This document shows positions 1 through 9,998 of a stretch of 64,000 nucleotides of DNA, in pieces. How positions within the stretch are numbered: position 1 is the first letter of the stretch; each line of letters starts with the position of its first letter. This stretch comes from an uncultured Gemmatimonadales bacterium (GTDB lineage: Bacteria > Gemmatimonadota > Gemmatimonadetes > Gemmatimonadales > GWC2-71-9): the NCBI GenBank assembly GCA_963844035.1, contig CAWJMT010000037.1:32001-96000 (forward strand), written 5' to 3'. The position numbers and the translations under genes were made by a program. The notes beneath the pieces were generated by a model, which was not told the DNA's origin, searched no databases, and saw only the letters and a program-made list of their open reading frames with translations.

Positions 1-56
1 ACCGCAGCAGCCGGCGAGAGGACGAGGGCGACGAGCAGAAACGCGATGTGGCGCAT
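1..56 (-). CDS. N-terminus of a secreted protein, runs off the window edge
   Basis: ATG at 56 (minus) preceded by GGAG; MRHIAFLLVALVLSPAAA looks like a signal peptide. Confidence 0.55.
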   Translation of the reverse strand, partial: MRHIAFLLVALVLSPAAA

Positions 57-91
57 GGCCGGCTCCAGGAAAAGGGAAGAGCGGGAGGATA

Positions 92-578
92 TCACAGGTA
101 CCGCGCCACCGCCATTGCGGAGATCGCGAGGAACAGCAGCACCGCTACCGACCGCTGCCACGACGGAGCTGCGCGCCCGCAGCCGCCCGATCTCGGCCCG
201 GTTCGCCGCCGGATCCGGCGCCAGGGCGGCGATGCGCATCATGGCGGGCCGCATCACGACGATGCCGATGAGGAACGCGACGATCGCCAGCGTCCCGCCG
301 GTCGCCAACGTCTGGCCGACGCGCGAGCCCATGAGCCCCGCCATGCCGCCGTACACGGCGAAGATGAGCCATACCCCTGACACAATCGTCACGAGTGCCA
401 GAACGGGCAGGATCACCATGATCTTGCGGCGCTGCAACGCTGGCATCAGCTTGCCGCCTTCGGGGCCCATCTCCGCGATGGCGGGTGTGAGGAAGAAGGT
501 GATGAAGGCGAACATCCCGATCCAGAGCGCACCGAGCACGATGTGCACCAGGCGCAACACGACGATGAGCGTATTCAT
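92..578 (-). CDS. Hypothetical 4-TM membrane protein (one frameshift near 150)
   Basis: Own translation: MNTLIVVLRLVHIVLGALWIGMFAF... and, after the shift, VAVLLFLAISAMAVARYL*; absent from the ORF track. Confidence 0.7.
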
Positions 579-735
579 GCCCTCAATTCTCCGCCGGGGA
601 TCGCGCTCCGCAAGGGGAGTCCGGGCTTGGTGGAAAATTCACATCACTGGAACGGAGGCTCACATCGCGAGGTCACGAACAATTGGACGGCACGTCCCGT
701 TACTCTGGCTCGCGATCAGCGCCTGCGGACCCACG

Positions 736-1821
736 ATGAGCGACGACGGCCGAGACCGAACGACCCGCGCGCGAACGTATCTGGACGCGCTGGTCGCCGG
801 CTCGCAGACCCCGGGCATTCAGTATCTGGTCCTCGATTCCGTGCACACCCTGCTGGAGTACGACGGTGGTTGGGCGGACCTGCGCCACCGCGTGCCGATG
901 GACTCGAGCACCACGATGATGGCCTATTCGATGAGCAAGACCATCACCGCCGTGGCGGTGCTGCAGCTCGTCGAGGCGGGCAAGGTCGCGCTCGATAGCC
1001 CGGTCGTCCGGTACCTGGATTCGCTTCCCTACGGACCGGGGATCACCGTGCGGGAGCTGCTCGCGCACACGTCCGGTATTCCCAACCCGATTCCGTTGCG
1101 CTGGGTGCATCCGGCCGGGCAGCACGCGACGTTCGACGAGAGCGCGGCGCTGGCGGCGGTGCTGCGCCGGCATCCGCGGCCGGCGTCCGCTCCGGGCGCC
1201 AGGTACGCCTACTCGAACATCGGGTACTGGCTGCTCGGCAGCATCGTAGAACGGGCCAGCGGCGAGACATTCCCATCCTACGTGACCGGGCACGTGCTGC
1301 GGCCGCTCGGCATCGCGCCGCGGGATCTCGGGTACGCGATTCCCGATCCCACCCACCACGCGACCGGCTACCTCGCCAAGTATTCCTTCATGAACCTCGT
1401 GAAAGGCTTCTTGATCGACGACGAGCTGGTCGGAGAGTACGACGGCCGCTGGTTGGCGATCCGCAGCCACTACGTCAATGGAGCGGCGTTCGGCGGACTG
1501 GTGGGCACGGCCAGAGGATTCGGCGGGTTCCTCCAAGACCAGCTCAAGGGTACGTCCCGGCTGTTCGGCGCCAGTACCCGCACGCTGTTCTACGCACCCC
1601 AGCACACCGGAGACGGAACGCCCATTGCGATGACTCCAGGGTGGCATGTCGGGACGGTGGACGGGATTCGGTTCTTCTATAAGGAAGGGGGCGGTGGCGG
1701 GTTTCACCACGAGATGAGGATTTACCCCGATGATGGGATAGCGACCGTGGTCATGACGAATGCGACGGGCTTCAACGTCAAACAGTGCCTCAACACGCTC
1801 GACGCGCTATTTCTGCGCTGA
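736..1821 (+). CDS. Serine hydrolase, beta-lactamase class C-like family
   Basis: SxxK (SMSK), LLAHTSG, YSN motifs; the start may lie upstream (in-frame lipobox-like LAISAC at ~709-726). Confidence 0.85.
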   Translation: MSDDGRDRTTRARTYLDALVAGSQTPGIQYLVLDSVHTLLEYDGGWADLRHRVPMDSSTTMMAYSMSKTITAVAVLQLVEAGKVALDSPVVRYLDSLPYGPGITVRELLAHTSGIPNPIPLRWVHPAGQHATFDESAALAAVLRRHPRPASAPGARYAYSNIGYWLLGSIVERASGETFPSYVTGHVLRPLGIAPRDLGYAIPDPTHHATGYLAKYSFMNLVKGFLIDDELVGEYDGRWLAIRSHYVNGAAFGGLVGTARGFGGFLQDQLKGTSRLFGASTRTLFYAPQHTGDGTPIAMTPGWHVGTVDGIRFFYKEGGGGGFHHEMRIYPDDGIATVVMTNATGFNVKQCLNTLDALFLR

Positions 1822-1887
1822 GCCTTTGCGGTTTCAGGTTGCGCGTACAGATTCCCAATCCGATTCTCTTATCACGCGAGCCGTTCA

Positions 1888-3240
1888 ATGGAACACCTCC
1901 TCAAGGCCACCGCCGACCGCGCCTGGCGCTATCGCCAGGGTCTCGAGCGTCGCAACGTCGCGCCCGCACCCGACGCGATCGCGAACCTGCGACGCTTCGA
2001 TGAGCCGCTCCCCGCGCTGCCCAGCGATCCGGAAGCCGTGATCGAGCTGCTCGATACCGTGGGCTCCCCGGCGACCATGGCATCAGCGGGCGGCCGCTTC
2101 TTTGGATTCGTGGTCGGCAGCTCGCTGCCCGCCACGGTCGCCGCGAACTTCCTCGCCGCGGCGTGGGATCAGAATGCCGGGATCGTGGTGCTCTCGCCCG
2201 TGGCCGCGAAACTCGAGACCGTCGCGATGCGCTGGATCTCCGAGCTGCTGGGCCTGCCGCCTGAGTGCGGGGCGGGATTCGTCACCTGCGCCACGCAGGC
2301 GAATTTCGCAGCGCTCGCCGCCGCGCGACACGCGCTGCTGGCGCGCCGCGGCTGGCAGGTGGAAACCCAGGGCCTGTTTGGTGCGCCGCCGATCACCGTG
2401 GTCGTGGGCGAAGAAGTGCACGTGAGCGTGCTGAAGGCGCTGTCGCTGGTCGGCCTCGGGCGCGACCGGGTCACCAAGGTCCCGGTGGACGATCGCGGCC
2501 GGATGCGTGCCGATGCACTCCCGCCACTCGATGAGAACACGATCCTGTGCTTGCAGGCGGGCGACGTCAACACCGGGGCCTTCGATCCTGCCGCGCACGT
2601 CATTCCGCTCGCGCATGCGGCGGGGGCGTGGGTGCACGTCGACGGCGCATTTGGGTTGTGGGCGGCGGCGGCACCTGCGCGGTCGCACCTGACACGCGGC
2701 TTCGCCGCGGCCGATTCGTGGGCCACGGACGCTCACAAGTGGCTCAACGTCCCGTACGACAGTGGCCTCGTGTTCGTGCGTCAACCGGAGCACCTGCACG
2801 CGGCGATGGCGGTGAACGCGCCGTATCTCGTGGTCGGCACGGAACGGGAGCCGGAGCATTTCACTCCCGATTTCTCACGCCGGGCCCGCGGCATCGAAGT
2901 CTGGGCGGCGCTGCGCTCACTCGGCAGGGAAGGGGTCGCGGAGCTGATCGAGCGGACCTGCCGCCATGCCACCACCTTCGCGGAAGGGCTGCGCGCGGCC
3001 GGCTACAAGATCTTGAACGACGTCGTCATCAATCAGGTACTCGTCTCATTTGGCGATCCCGACACGACTCAGCGTGTGATTGCGGCGATCCAGGCGGATG
3101 GCACGTGCTGGGCGGGGGCCACCAAGTGGCGCGGGCACTCGGCCATGCGGATCAGCGTGTCATCGTGGGCGACCACCGAGGAAGACGTCGAGCGTAGCCT
3201 CGCGGCCATGATTCGCGTGGCGGAACGGGTACGAACCTAG
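1888..3240 (+). CDS. PLP-dependent group II decarboxylase (aromatic-L-amino-acid decarboxylase-like)
   Basis: WVHVDGAFG and DSWATDAHKWLNVPYDSG (PLP lysine). Confidence 0.9.
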   Translation: MEHLLKATADRAWRYRQGLERRNVAPAPDAIANLRRFDEPLPALPSDPEAVIELLDTVGSPATMASAGGRFFGFVVGSSLPATVAANFLAAAWDQNAGIVVLSPVAAKLETVAMRWISELLGLPPECGAGFVTCATQANFAALAAARHALLARRGWQVETQGLFGAPPITVVVGEEVHVSVLKALSLVGLGRDRVTKVPVDDRGRMRADALPPLDENTILCLQAGDVNTGAFDPAAHVIPLAHAAGAWVHVDGAFGLWAAAAPARSHLTRGFAAADSWATDAHKWLNVPYDSGLVFVRQPEHLHAAMAVNAPYLVVGTEREPEHFTPDFSRRARGIEVWAALRSLGREGVAELIERTCRHATTFAEGLRAAGYKILNDVVINQVLVSFGDPDTTQRVIAAIQADGTCWAGATKWRGHSAMRISVSSWATTEEDVERSLAAMIRVAERVRT

Positions 3241-3284
3241 GGAAGACGACTATCTTACGCCGTCTTTCATAAGGAGAGCCGCGA

Positions 3285-3644
3285 ATGCTCACCGCCATGA
3301 ACCGGATCTACGTGGCACCGGAATTTGCCGAGCAGCTCGAGCAGCGCTTTCACACGCGGGCCGGGTTGGTGGACGGTATGCCCGGGTTCGTCTGGAACAA
3401 GGTGCTGCGCCCGGTCAACCCGGGAGACCCGTACGTCGTGCTGACCCTGTGGGAGTCGCGCGCCGCGTTCGATGCGTGGGTACACTCGGACGCGTTCGCG
3501 AAGGGGCACGCCCGCTCGGGCACGCTGCCCAAGGAAGCGTTCCTGCGGCCGAGCCAGCTCGAGCTGCACGAGGTGTTCACCGACTCGAGTCAGCCGGACT
3601 TGAAGCCGGAGCCGCGCGGTAAGCCGGTCGCCTTTCACGGGTGA
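3285..3644 (+). CDS. ABM-family monooxygenase (IsdG/HmoA heme-degrading-like)
   Basis: AMNRI..., MPGF, WESRAAFDAWVHSDAFAKGH; RBS AAGGAG. Confidence 0.85.
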   Translation: MLTAMNRIYVAPEFAEQLEQRFHTRAGLVDGMPGFVWNKVLRPVNPGDPYVVLTLWESRAAFDAWVHSDAFAKGHARSGTLPKEAFLRPSQLELHEVFTDSSQPDLKPEPRGKPVAFHG

Positions 3645-3689
3645 CCTCACCCCCCGACCCCCTCTCCACTGACGTGGAGAGGGGGAACG
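3645..3689. repeat. REP-like palindromic element, left inverted repeat
   Basis: CCTCACCCCCCGA-CCCCCTCTCCAC-TGAC-GTGGAGAGGGGG-AACG; 12-bp stem, 4-nt loop; 44/45 identical to the reverse complement of 4116-4160. Confidence 0.9.
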
Positions 3690-4042
3690 AAGAGACGAAC
3701 CTCGTCAGAGAGAATGCTCGCCAGGTGTTCTCTCGTCACATCGCGATTGCATAGTCGAAGGACCTTGAAGCCCTGGGCTTCCATGTACGCCGATCGAGCC
3801 ACGTCGTATTGGGATTGCTCTTCGCCCATGTGAACGTCGCCATCAATTTCAAGAATCAGGCGCAGTTCCGCACAGTAGAAGTCAACGATGAACCCCAGCA
3901 GCAAGTACTGCCGCCTGAACTTGAGGCCGAGCATTTGCCGATCACGCAGGAGATCCCACGCCCGCTTCTCCGCGAGCGTCGCCTCGCGCCGCAGTTGTCG
4001 CGCACGGGCGACCTTCTCGCGTGATCCACGTCCACGTCGCAC
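3647..4042 (-). CDS. DUF559 / Vsr-like endonuclease domain protein
   Basis: ARQLRREATLAE, KFRRQ, IVDFYC, LEIDGDVH, GFKVLR; probable GTG start at 4042; stop codon lies inside the left repeat. Confidence 0.9.
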   Translation of the reverse strand: MRRGRGSREKVARARQLRREATLAEKRAWDLLRDRQMLGLKFRRQYLLLGFIVDFYCAELRLILEIDGDVHMGEEQSQYDVARSAYMEAQGFKVLRLCNRDVTREHLASILSDEVRLFVPPLHVSGEGVGG

Positions 4043-4115
4043 AGTGCAGAGATAGAGCAGTTTTCCATCGAACCGCAAACCAGACCTATGCCGTGGGTAA
4101 CCCAATCTTCGCGTG

Positions 4116-4160
4116 CGTTCCCCCTCTCCACGTCAGTGGAGAGGGGGTCAGGGGGTGAGG
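4116..4160. repeat. REP-like palindromic element, right inverted repeat
   Basis: Reverse complement of 3645-3689 with one mismatch; a partial third copy follows at 4168-4186. Confidence 0.9.
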
Positions 4161-4293
4161 CAAACGACACGTCAGCGGAGAGGGGGCCACGGCGCGTTCG
4201 TGACCCTGTCGGCCACGATCACGGAGAAGCTGCACCCCCGCGGACGCGCGCTATGTCGAAAACGCGCGGAACCGCATACCTTAGCCGACGCAC

Positions 4294-4926
4294 ATGCCCA
4301 ACGCACTCCTCATCGCCGCCGCGGGCGTCCTCCTGCTGGTGCTGGGCGGTATGGAGCTTGTCGCCGCGTGGCGCGCGCTCCGCGGGCACCATTTGAGGGC
4401 CGGCGGCATCAGCGCCCTGTTCGGTGTGCCGCTCTTCGCGCTCGGGGTCCTTGCCAGCACGGTCAGCGTCGCCACGCGAGGCTATCGCGCTCTCACGCAC
4501 GAAGAGCTGGCAGCGACCGTCAGAACCGAGCCGTTGTCGCGCCAGCGCTTCCGTGCGACCGTCATCATGCCGGGAGGGCGGCTCGCGATGTACGACCTCG
4601 CCGGAGACGCGTTCTACGTCGACGCACACATCGTCAAGTGGCACCCCATAGCGAACATGCTGGGGCTGCACACCGCCTACGAGCTCGACCGGGTTGCCGG
4701 GCGCTATGACGAGTTGCGGGACGAGCAAACCAAACCGCACACGGCCTACGCGCTCGCGCGTCCCAAACTGTTCGACATGTTCACCGTGGTGAGGTGGTTT
4801 CCGATCGTCACCCCGATCGTGGACGCGGAGTATGGGTCGGCCACCTTCGCCGCTGCCCGCGAGTCGACCGCGTTCATCATCCTCGTATCCACGACGGGGC
4901 TTCTGACTCGACCGATCCCGTGGTGA
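4294..4926 (+). CDS. Hypothetical membrane-anchored protein
   Basis: 210-aa ORF, two N-terminal TM segments then a soluble domain. Confidence 0.7.
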   Translation: MPNALLIAAAGVLLLVLGGMELVAAWRALRGHHLRAGGISALFGVPLFALGVLASTVSVATRGYRALTHEELAATVRTEPLSRQRFRATVIMPGGRLAMYDLAGDAFYVDAHIVKWHPIANMLGLHTAYELDRVAGRYDELRDEQTKPHTAYALARPKLFDMFTVVRWFPIVTPIVDAEYGSATFAAARESTAFIILVSTTGLLTRPIPW

Positions 4927-5325
4927 TTGGGGCTAGCTTGCCTTCAACTGACCACGATCCCGCCCGCGCGCGGAAGTTTCGCCAGGCGGCGTTTGTCTAT
5001 CTCCACGTGGCGATCCTCTATGAGGCCTCCGCGTACGCCATGTGGCGCCACGGCCTGCTCCCGGTCGGCCGCGGCCCCGCCTGGGTGTGGCTCATCCTCG
5101 GCGCGCTCGTCGCCGGAGCGATCTTTTGTCGGCCTGTTGCGCTGGCAGAACGCCATATTCGCCCGCGTCATCTGGGCGATCCATGGCATGCGGCTCCCGG
5201 CTCTCATCAGCTCCGCGTTCATCGCGACGGCGGAGAGCGGGCTGACGCGCGGCTTCTACATCACGGCGATCGTCGTCGTCGTGATCAATCTGTGGATGCT
5301 CGCGCGCGCGGGGTGGGATCTGTAA
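4923..5325 (+). CDS. Hypothetical membrane protein (frameshift near 5125)
   Basis: GTGA overlap with the upstream gene; hydrophobic segments continue across two frames (FRQAAFVYLHVAILYE... / ...INLWMLARAGWDL). Confidence 0.65.
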
Positions 5326-5336
5326 CGGTCAAACCT

Positions 5337-5654
5337 TCAATACCACTCGGCGACCCCGCCATGATGGGAGCAGGTGCCGGAGCGCGTCTGGCTGTGCGAG
5401 TACGTCCCGTCCTTACACTTTGCCGTCGCGCCGGCGGGGTGCCCACCGCTCGAGCTTGGCTTCTTGGCGGCGGGTTTGGGCGTGAGTTTTTCGGCCACTC
5501 CGCCGTGGTGCGAGCATATGCCTTGGGACTTGGTGGCGGTGCTGTAGGTACCGTCCTTACACCGGGCAGTAGCGTTCGCGGGCGCCTGTGCCACCAACGC
5601 CGTACCGATCAGCCCCCACACCAATAGACCAGCGATTCTCATGTGGGTGCGCAT
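5337..5654 (-). CDS. Secreted protein with two DUF3761-like domains
   Basis: Signal peptide plus two copies of ATAxCKDGTYS...CSHHGGVAE. Confidence 0.85.
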   Translation of the reverse strand: MRTHMRIAGLLVWGLIGTALVAQAPANATARCKDGTYSTATKSQGICSHHGGVAEKLTPKPAAKKPSSSGGHPAGATAKCKDGTYSHSQTRSGTCSHHGGVAEWY

Positions 5655-5747
5655 ACGCCCCCGGGACGAGTTGTTGAACTGCGGTTGACCGCTGGTTGAT
5701 AACGTACCGCCCAGGGTGGCGGACGCCAGAAGCCGGGTCGCGCTTCC

Positions 5748-6899
5748 GTGCACGTCGCCGGTAAATTCCGCGCCATGCACGCACGCGCCCCCGAACCCGC
5801 GACGGACCTGCGCCGTCACCTGTTTTACGAAACGTCCCACTCCCCCGCACTCGCCGATCTCGTCGGCTACGAGCGGGCCCAGGACATCATCGATTTCTGC
5901 TTCATCGCCAATCCGTACTATCCGACCCCCGAGATGCTCGAGGACCTGCAGCGCAACCTGCCGAACCTCATCAAGTCCTATCCCTCGAGCACCCCGGCAC
6001 TCGGCCAGGAGCACCTCGCGAGCGTGCTGCACGTCAACCCCGACCACCTGGTGATCGGCAACGGCGCCACCGAGATCATCGCGCTCATCAACACGACGCT
6101 GATCGACCGCATCGCGGTGCCGATTCCGACGTTCGGTGAGTACATCGAAAAGATGAAAGACCTGCGCGATGCCGAGCTGTATCCGCTGGACCCGAACCAC
6201 CGCTACGAGCTGCGGCTGGGCGAGTACCTCGACTGGGTCCGCAAGCGCAACCTCACGGCGCTGCTGCTGATCAATCCCGGCAACCCGACCGGGCAGTTGA
6301 TCCCGCTCGACGAGATGATGGCATTCATGCGGGAGACGAAGGACCTGGAGCTGGTGATCGTGGATGAGTCGTTCATCGATTTCGCCGGCGAGTCGGTGCC
6401 CAGCCTGCTCCCGCATGCCGACCAGTTCTCGAACCTGTTGATCGTCCGCAGCATGAGCAAACATTGCGGCGTGCCGGGGCTGCGGCTGGGATACTGCTAC
6501 AGCGCGAACCTCTACATCCTGAACCGGCTGCGGCGGTTTCTTCCGACCTGGAACCTGAACACGCTGGCGCAGTACTTCCTGTCGCTCCTGCCGTCCACCG
6601 ACGCGGACTATCACGTGGCGCGCAAACGGCTGATCGGCGACGTGCGGGCGCTGCACGACGCGCTGCAGCAAGTCCGCTCGCTCGAGGTGTACCCGACCGG
6701 CGCGAACTTCGTGCTCTTCAAGATCACCAACGGCACGACGGCCACGGAGCTGCAGCGCCGCCTGCTGGAAGAGCACGGGATGTACGTGCGCGACTGCTCC
6801 AACAAGGTGGGCATGGACCAGTTCCACGTGCGCGTCGCGTCGCAGGGCCGGGAGAAAGACGCCCGCCTGGTGGACGCCCTCCGTATCCTGACGCGATGA
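5748..6899 (+). CDS. PLP aminotransferase class I/II (HisC/CobD-like)
   Basis: GNGATE, NPGNPTG, VDESFIDF, RSMSKHCGVPGLRLGY. Confidence 0.85.
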   Translation: MHVAGKFRAMHARAPEPATDLRRHLFYETSHSPALADLVGYERAQDIIDFCFIANPYYPTPEMLEDLQRNLPNLIKSYPSSTPALGQEHLASVLHVNPDHLVIGNGATEIIALINTTLIDRIAVPIPTFGEYIEKMKDLRDAELYPLDPNHRYELRLGEYLDWVRKRNLTALLLINPGNPTGQLIPLDEMMAFMRETKDLELVIVDESFIDFAGESVPSLLPHADQFSNLLIVRSMSKHCGVPGLRLGYCYSANLYILNRLRRFLPTWNLNTLAQYFLSLLPSTDADYHVARKRLIGDVRALHDALQQVRSLEVYPTGANFVLFKITNGTTATELQRRLLEEHGMYVRDCSNKVGMDQFHVRVASQGREKDARLVDALRILTR

Positions 6900-7632
6900 C
6901 GCGGCCGGCGGTCGTCGTCGTCACGCGACGCTCGATTCGCAAGAACAGACTGATCGACTACGTGGCCGAGCTGCACCTCGAGCTGCTCACGCGGCTCGGG
7001 CTGCCGTCCCGTGATGGTCCCCGTGGTCTCCGGCACGCTTGCCGTCCATCCCCGAGTACGCGCGCGGGATGCGGGGGCTGTTGCTGGTCGAAGGCGAAGA
7101 TATTGAAGCGACGCGCTACAAGGCCGAGCCTGCCCTCCTCGCGCACCTCGAGGAAACCCATCCGCTCAAGGACGAGATCGAAACGCGACTGGTGCGCGCC
7201 GCCCTCAAAGCCCGCGTTCCCATCCTCGGGATCTGCCGGGGCTCACAGCTCGTGAACGTGGTGTGCGGCGGCACGCTGCACGTGGACGTTCAGGCAGAGA
7301 AGCAATCAACGCTCAAGCACATCGACTACGACAACTACGACGCGTACCGCCATCCCGTCGCGATCCTCCCCGGTACCCCGCTCGCGCGCTGGTACCGCGA
7401 ACAGAGCCTCGCGGTCAACAGCTACCACCATCAGGGGATCCGGAAGCTGGCGCGCCGGTTTCGGCCGATGGCGCACGCGGACGACGGACTGATCGAGGCG
7501 TACTACGACCCGGCGGCAAAGTTCGTCGTGGGCCTGCAATTCCACCCGGAGCGCATGCTGGACGAGCACCCCGGCAACCTGCGTGTCTGGAAAGCGTTTG
7601 CGGCAGCCGTGCGAGGCCGCGGCGCCCGCTAA
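6896..7632 (+). CDS. Peptidase C26 / gamma-glutamyl-gamma-aminobutyrate hydrolase family (frameshifts near 7010-7040)
   Basis: PILGICRGSQ, VNSYHHQG, GLQFHPE; ATGA coupling to the upstream gene. Confidence 0.85.
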
Positions 7633-9471
7633 GGTCTTCCCGGGAACGGCAGCCGGGGCAGGGCAGCCTTCCTGGTCAGCTCCTTCAATTGCTTGTCCAA
7701 GTCGGCGCGCACCGCCGTCAGCTCACTCTGCTGTTTGGCGAGACGGGCCTGCACCTCCTCCTGCACCGCGCTGACCCGCTGGCGCGCGGCGGCGACCTGT
7801 TTGTCCACCAGGCTGTCGACCTGAGCGCGCACCCGCCGTTCCGCCTGCTCGACCTTGGCGCCGATTTCCTGACGCAGCCGGCGCGCCAGCTCGGTACCCA
7901 GATTCGAGCTGACGGCAAACGAGGGCTTGGTGAGTGCGCCGCGGATCCGGCCTTCGACCTCCACGTCCTTCACGCCGCTCACGGCACGCCACACCAGGTC
8001 CTCGACGTCCCGCGCGGTTCCTGCCGGCGCGGCACCCGAATCGGCCAACCGCTGCCACTCGACGTTCGTGGACCGAACCTGCCAGCGGGCGAGAATCTCG
8101 CTGCCGCGCCGCACCAGTGATACCTCCGTCGTGCCCGCGCCGAGCACGGCGCGGGCCTGCACCGGGGGCAGTTCCACCGTGGGCAGCGCGACCCCGGCAA
8201 CGAACGCCTCGACCGAATCGCGCGTCGGCGTCTTGATGTGATCGACCTGCCCCGCCACCCGGACGTTCTTGGGTCCGGCGCGCCCAGCGCTCCGCTGCGC
8301 CAGAAACTCGAACGGGTGACCGTACAGTGCGGGTTCGGTGGTGAGTCCGACGAGACGCGCCACGTAGTCACCGGCGGCGGCGCCCGTCCCCCCGAGCGTC
8401 AGGTCGAGTGACGCGAACCGCAACAGGAACTGAGGCAGGCCGCGCGCGCGCGGGAACGCAACCGTGGTGCCGGCCATGCGCATCCGCCTGGGACCGTCGT
8501 GCGCATGCGGCATGAGACCAGCCGGCATGTACTGCTCGACCAGCTGCGCCCAGTAGAGCAGGGTCTGCAGCCGGTCGAGCGCCGTGCGGCCGAACAGCGC
8601 CGGCGAGATGTCGGCCTCTTCGAGTGACGGGAGCTTGAGCAAGCCGCGCGCCCAGGTGTAGTCGCCGCGGCGCGCCTCGTCCAATCCGGACACGCCCGAG
8701 CGGAGCCGCGCCACGCCGGAATCGACCCCGCGCTGCAGCTTGCGCACCTGATCGAGCGTGCTGGTGAGCCCTTTGAGCGTCGCCTGGCTGGTTTGCACCG
8801 TGCTGCGCACGCCGTCGAGCCCGAGCGCGCGCACGTCGAGCGTGCGCAGCCGTTCGACCAGCGCCTTGGCGGAATCGATCTTCGGGCCCGGGGTCGAGCG
8901 TGCGCGCGTCGGTTTCCCAGACGCGCCGCGCGGAATCGCTGAGTTGCACGATCGCCCGCGCCTGTTGCGTCGTGCGTAAGCTGTCGGGGTTGAGCGGCGG
9001 CAGGTCGATCGCCTTGCCGAAGCCCTCCACACTAAAGGAAGGGATCCGGATCTGCTTGGCCCACACCGTCACTTGTCGCGCCACCGCGCCCGTCGTCGCG
9101 CTCGGGTGCGCCAGCGCGCCCGAGGTGGTACGCGGGGTGTTGAACCGCACCTCGCGCGCGAGCAGGGTGTCGACGATCACCTTCTTCTCCAGCAGCGGGA
9201 GCGGCCGCACCATCGCGGTGATCTGGGCAACTTCGACGAGATTTTCCATCGGCTTCGAGGGGTTCGCCACCTGCAACCCGCGCAACACGATCCGGCCCGC
9301 GCCGAGCTGCACGTGAGCGGATGCGAGCTCGACCTTGGCCCCGACGAGGATCTCGCCCGTCGCGATGATGCTGCGCCGGACCAGCGTATCCAGGAACACC
9401 ACGACCAGGATGGCCAGCAACAGGACCACGGCGGCGAAAGTGCCGATCGCCTTCCAGCGGAACAGCTTCAT
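7629..9471 (-). CDS. TIGR03545-like protein (AsmA-like; frameshift near 8885)
   Basis: MKLFRWKAI, N-terminal TM, GAKVEL, LQVANP, C-terminal SSNLG plus coiled coil; paired with a TIGR03546-like gene. Confidence 0.75.
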
Positions 9472-9986
9472 GGCCGGAACAGCTTGTAGACGGTGTACGC
9501 TTTCGATGCGGTGATGACCTGGAACAGCCGCAGCCGCTGCAGCCGTGCGTACACACGCTGGCGGTATTGGGCAATCAGCCAGCGTAGCAGGATGAATAGT
9601 GGAACAAAAGCCGCCGCCCAGACTACTACACTGCCCAGCACGACGGTGTTGTTGAAGTTGGTCAGCGGCAGGACGGGCGTGTTGAACCACACGGTCCAGG
9701 TCGCATCGAGTGCCGGCGTCTCGAGCAGCAGGTGACGCCCGATGGCGTGAAATACCGGGTCGAGCGCGAACCCGAGCGGTATGAACAGCGCCCAGCCGAG
9801 CATGAAGCCGGGGAACGAGACGTTCAAGAGCATCGCCGCGCCGAGGATCACCAGGTTGTGGAGATTCATGATCGGCGTGAGGCCGAGCGCCGAGCCGAGG
9901 GCGATGCCGGCCGCGAGCTGGCCCGGGGTCCCCTGCGAGTTAAGGGAGCGAACGACGCTTTGAATCAACTTGATCAGTGCGAGCAT
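9468..9986 (-). CDS. TIGR03546-like (DUF2062) membrane protein
   Basis: LNSQGTPGQLAAG...GLTP...FNNTVVLGS. Confidence 0.85.
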   Translation of the reverse strand: MLALIKLIQSVVRSLNSQGTPGQLAAGIALGSALGLTPIMNLHNLVILGAAMLLNVSFPGFMLGWALFIPLGFALDPVFHAIGRHLLLETPALDATWTVWFNTPVLPLTNFNNTVVLGSVVVWAAAFVPLFILLRWLIAQYRQRVYARLQRLRLFQVITASKAYTVYKLFRP

Positions 9987-9998
9987 GGGTCAAAAGTA

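Noticed and set aside
46..680. Long N-terminal extension of the 591-aa ORF
   Set aside because: It is the antisense shadow of the membrane protein gene at 92-578.
5337..6827. 496-aa minus-strand ORF and many similar long antisense ORFs
   Set aside because: These are high-GC shadow ORFs opposite real genes; only the DUF3761-like end of this one is credible.
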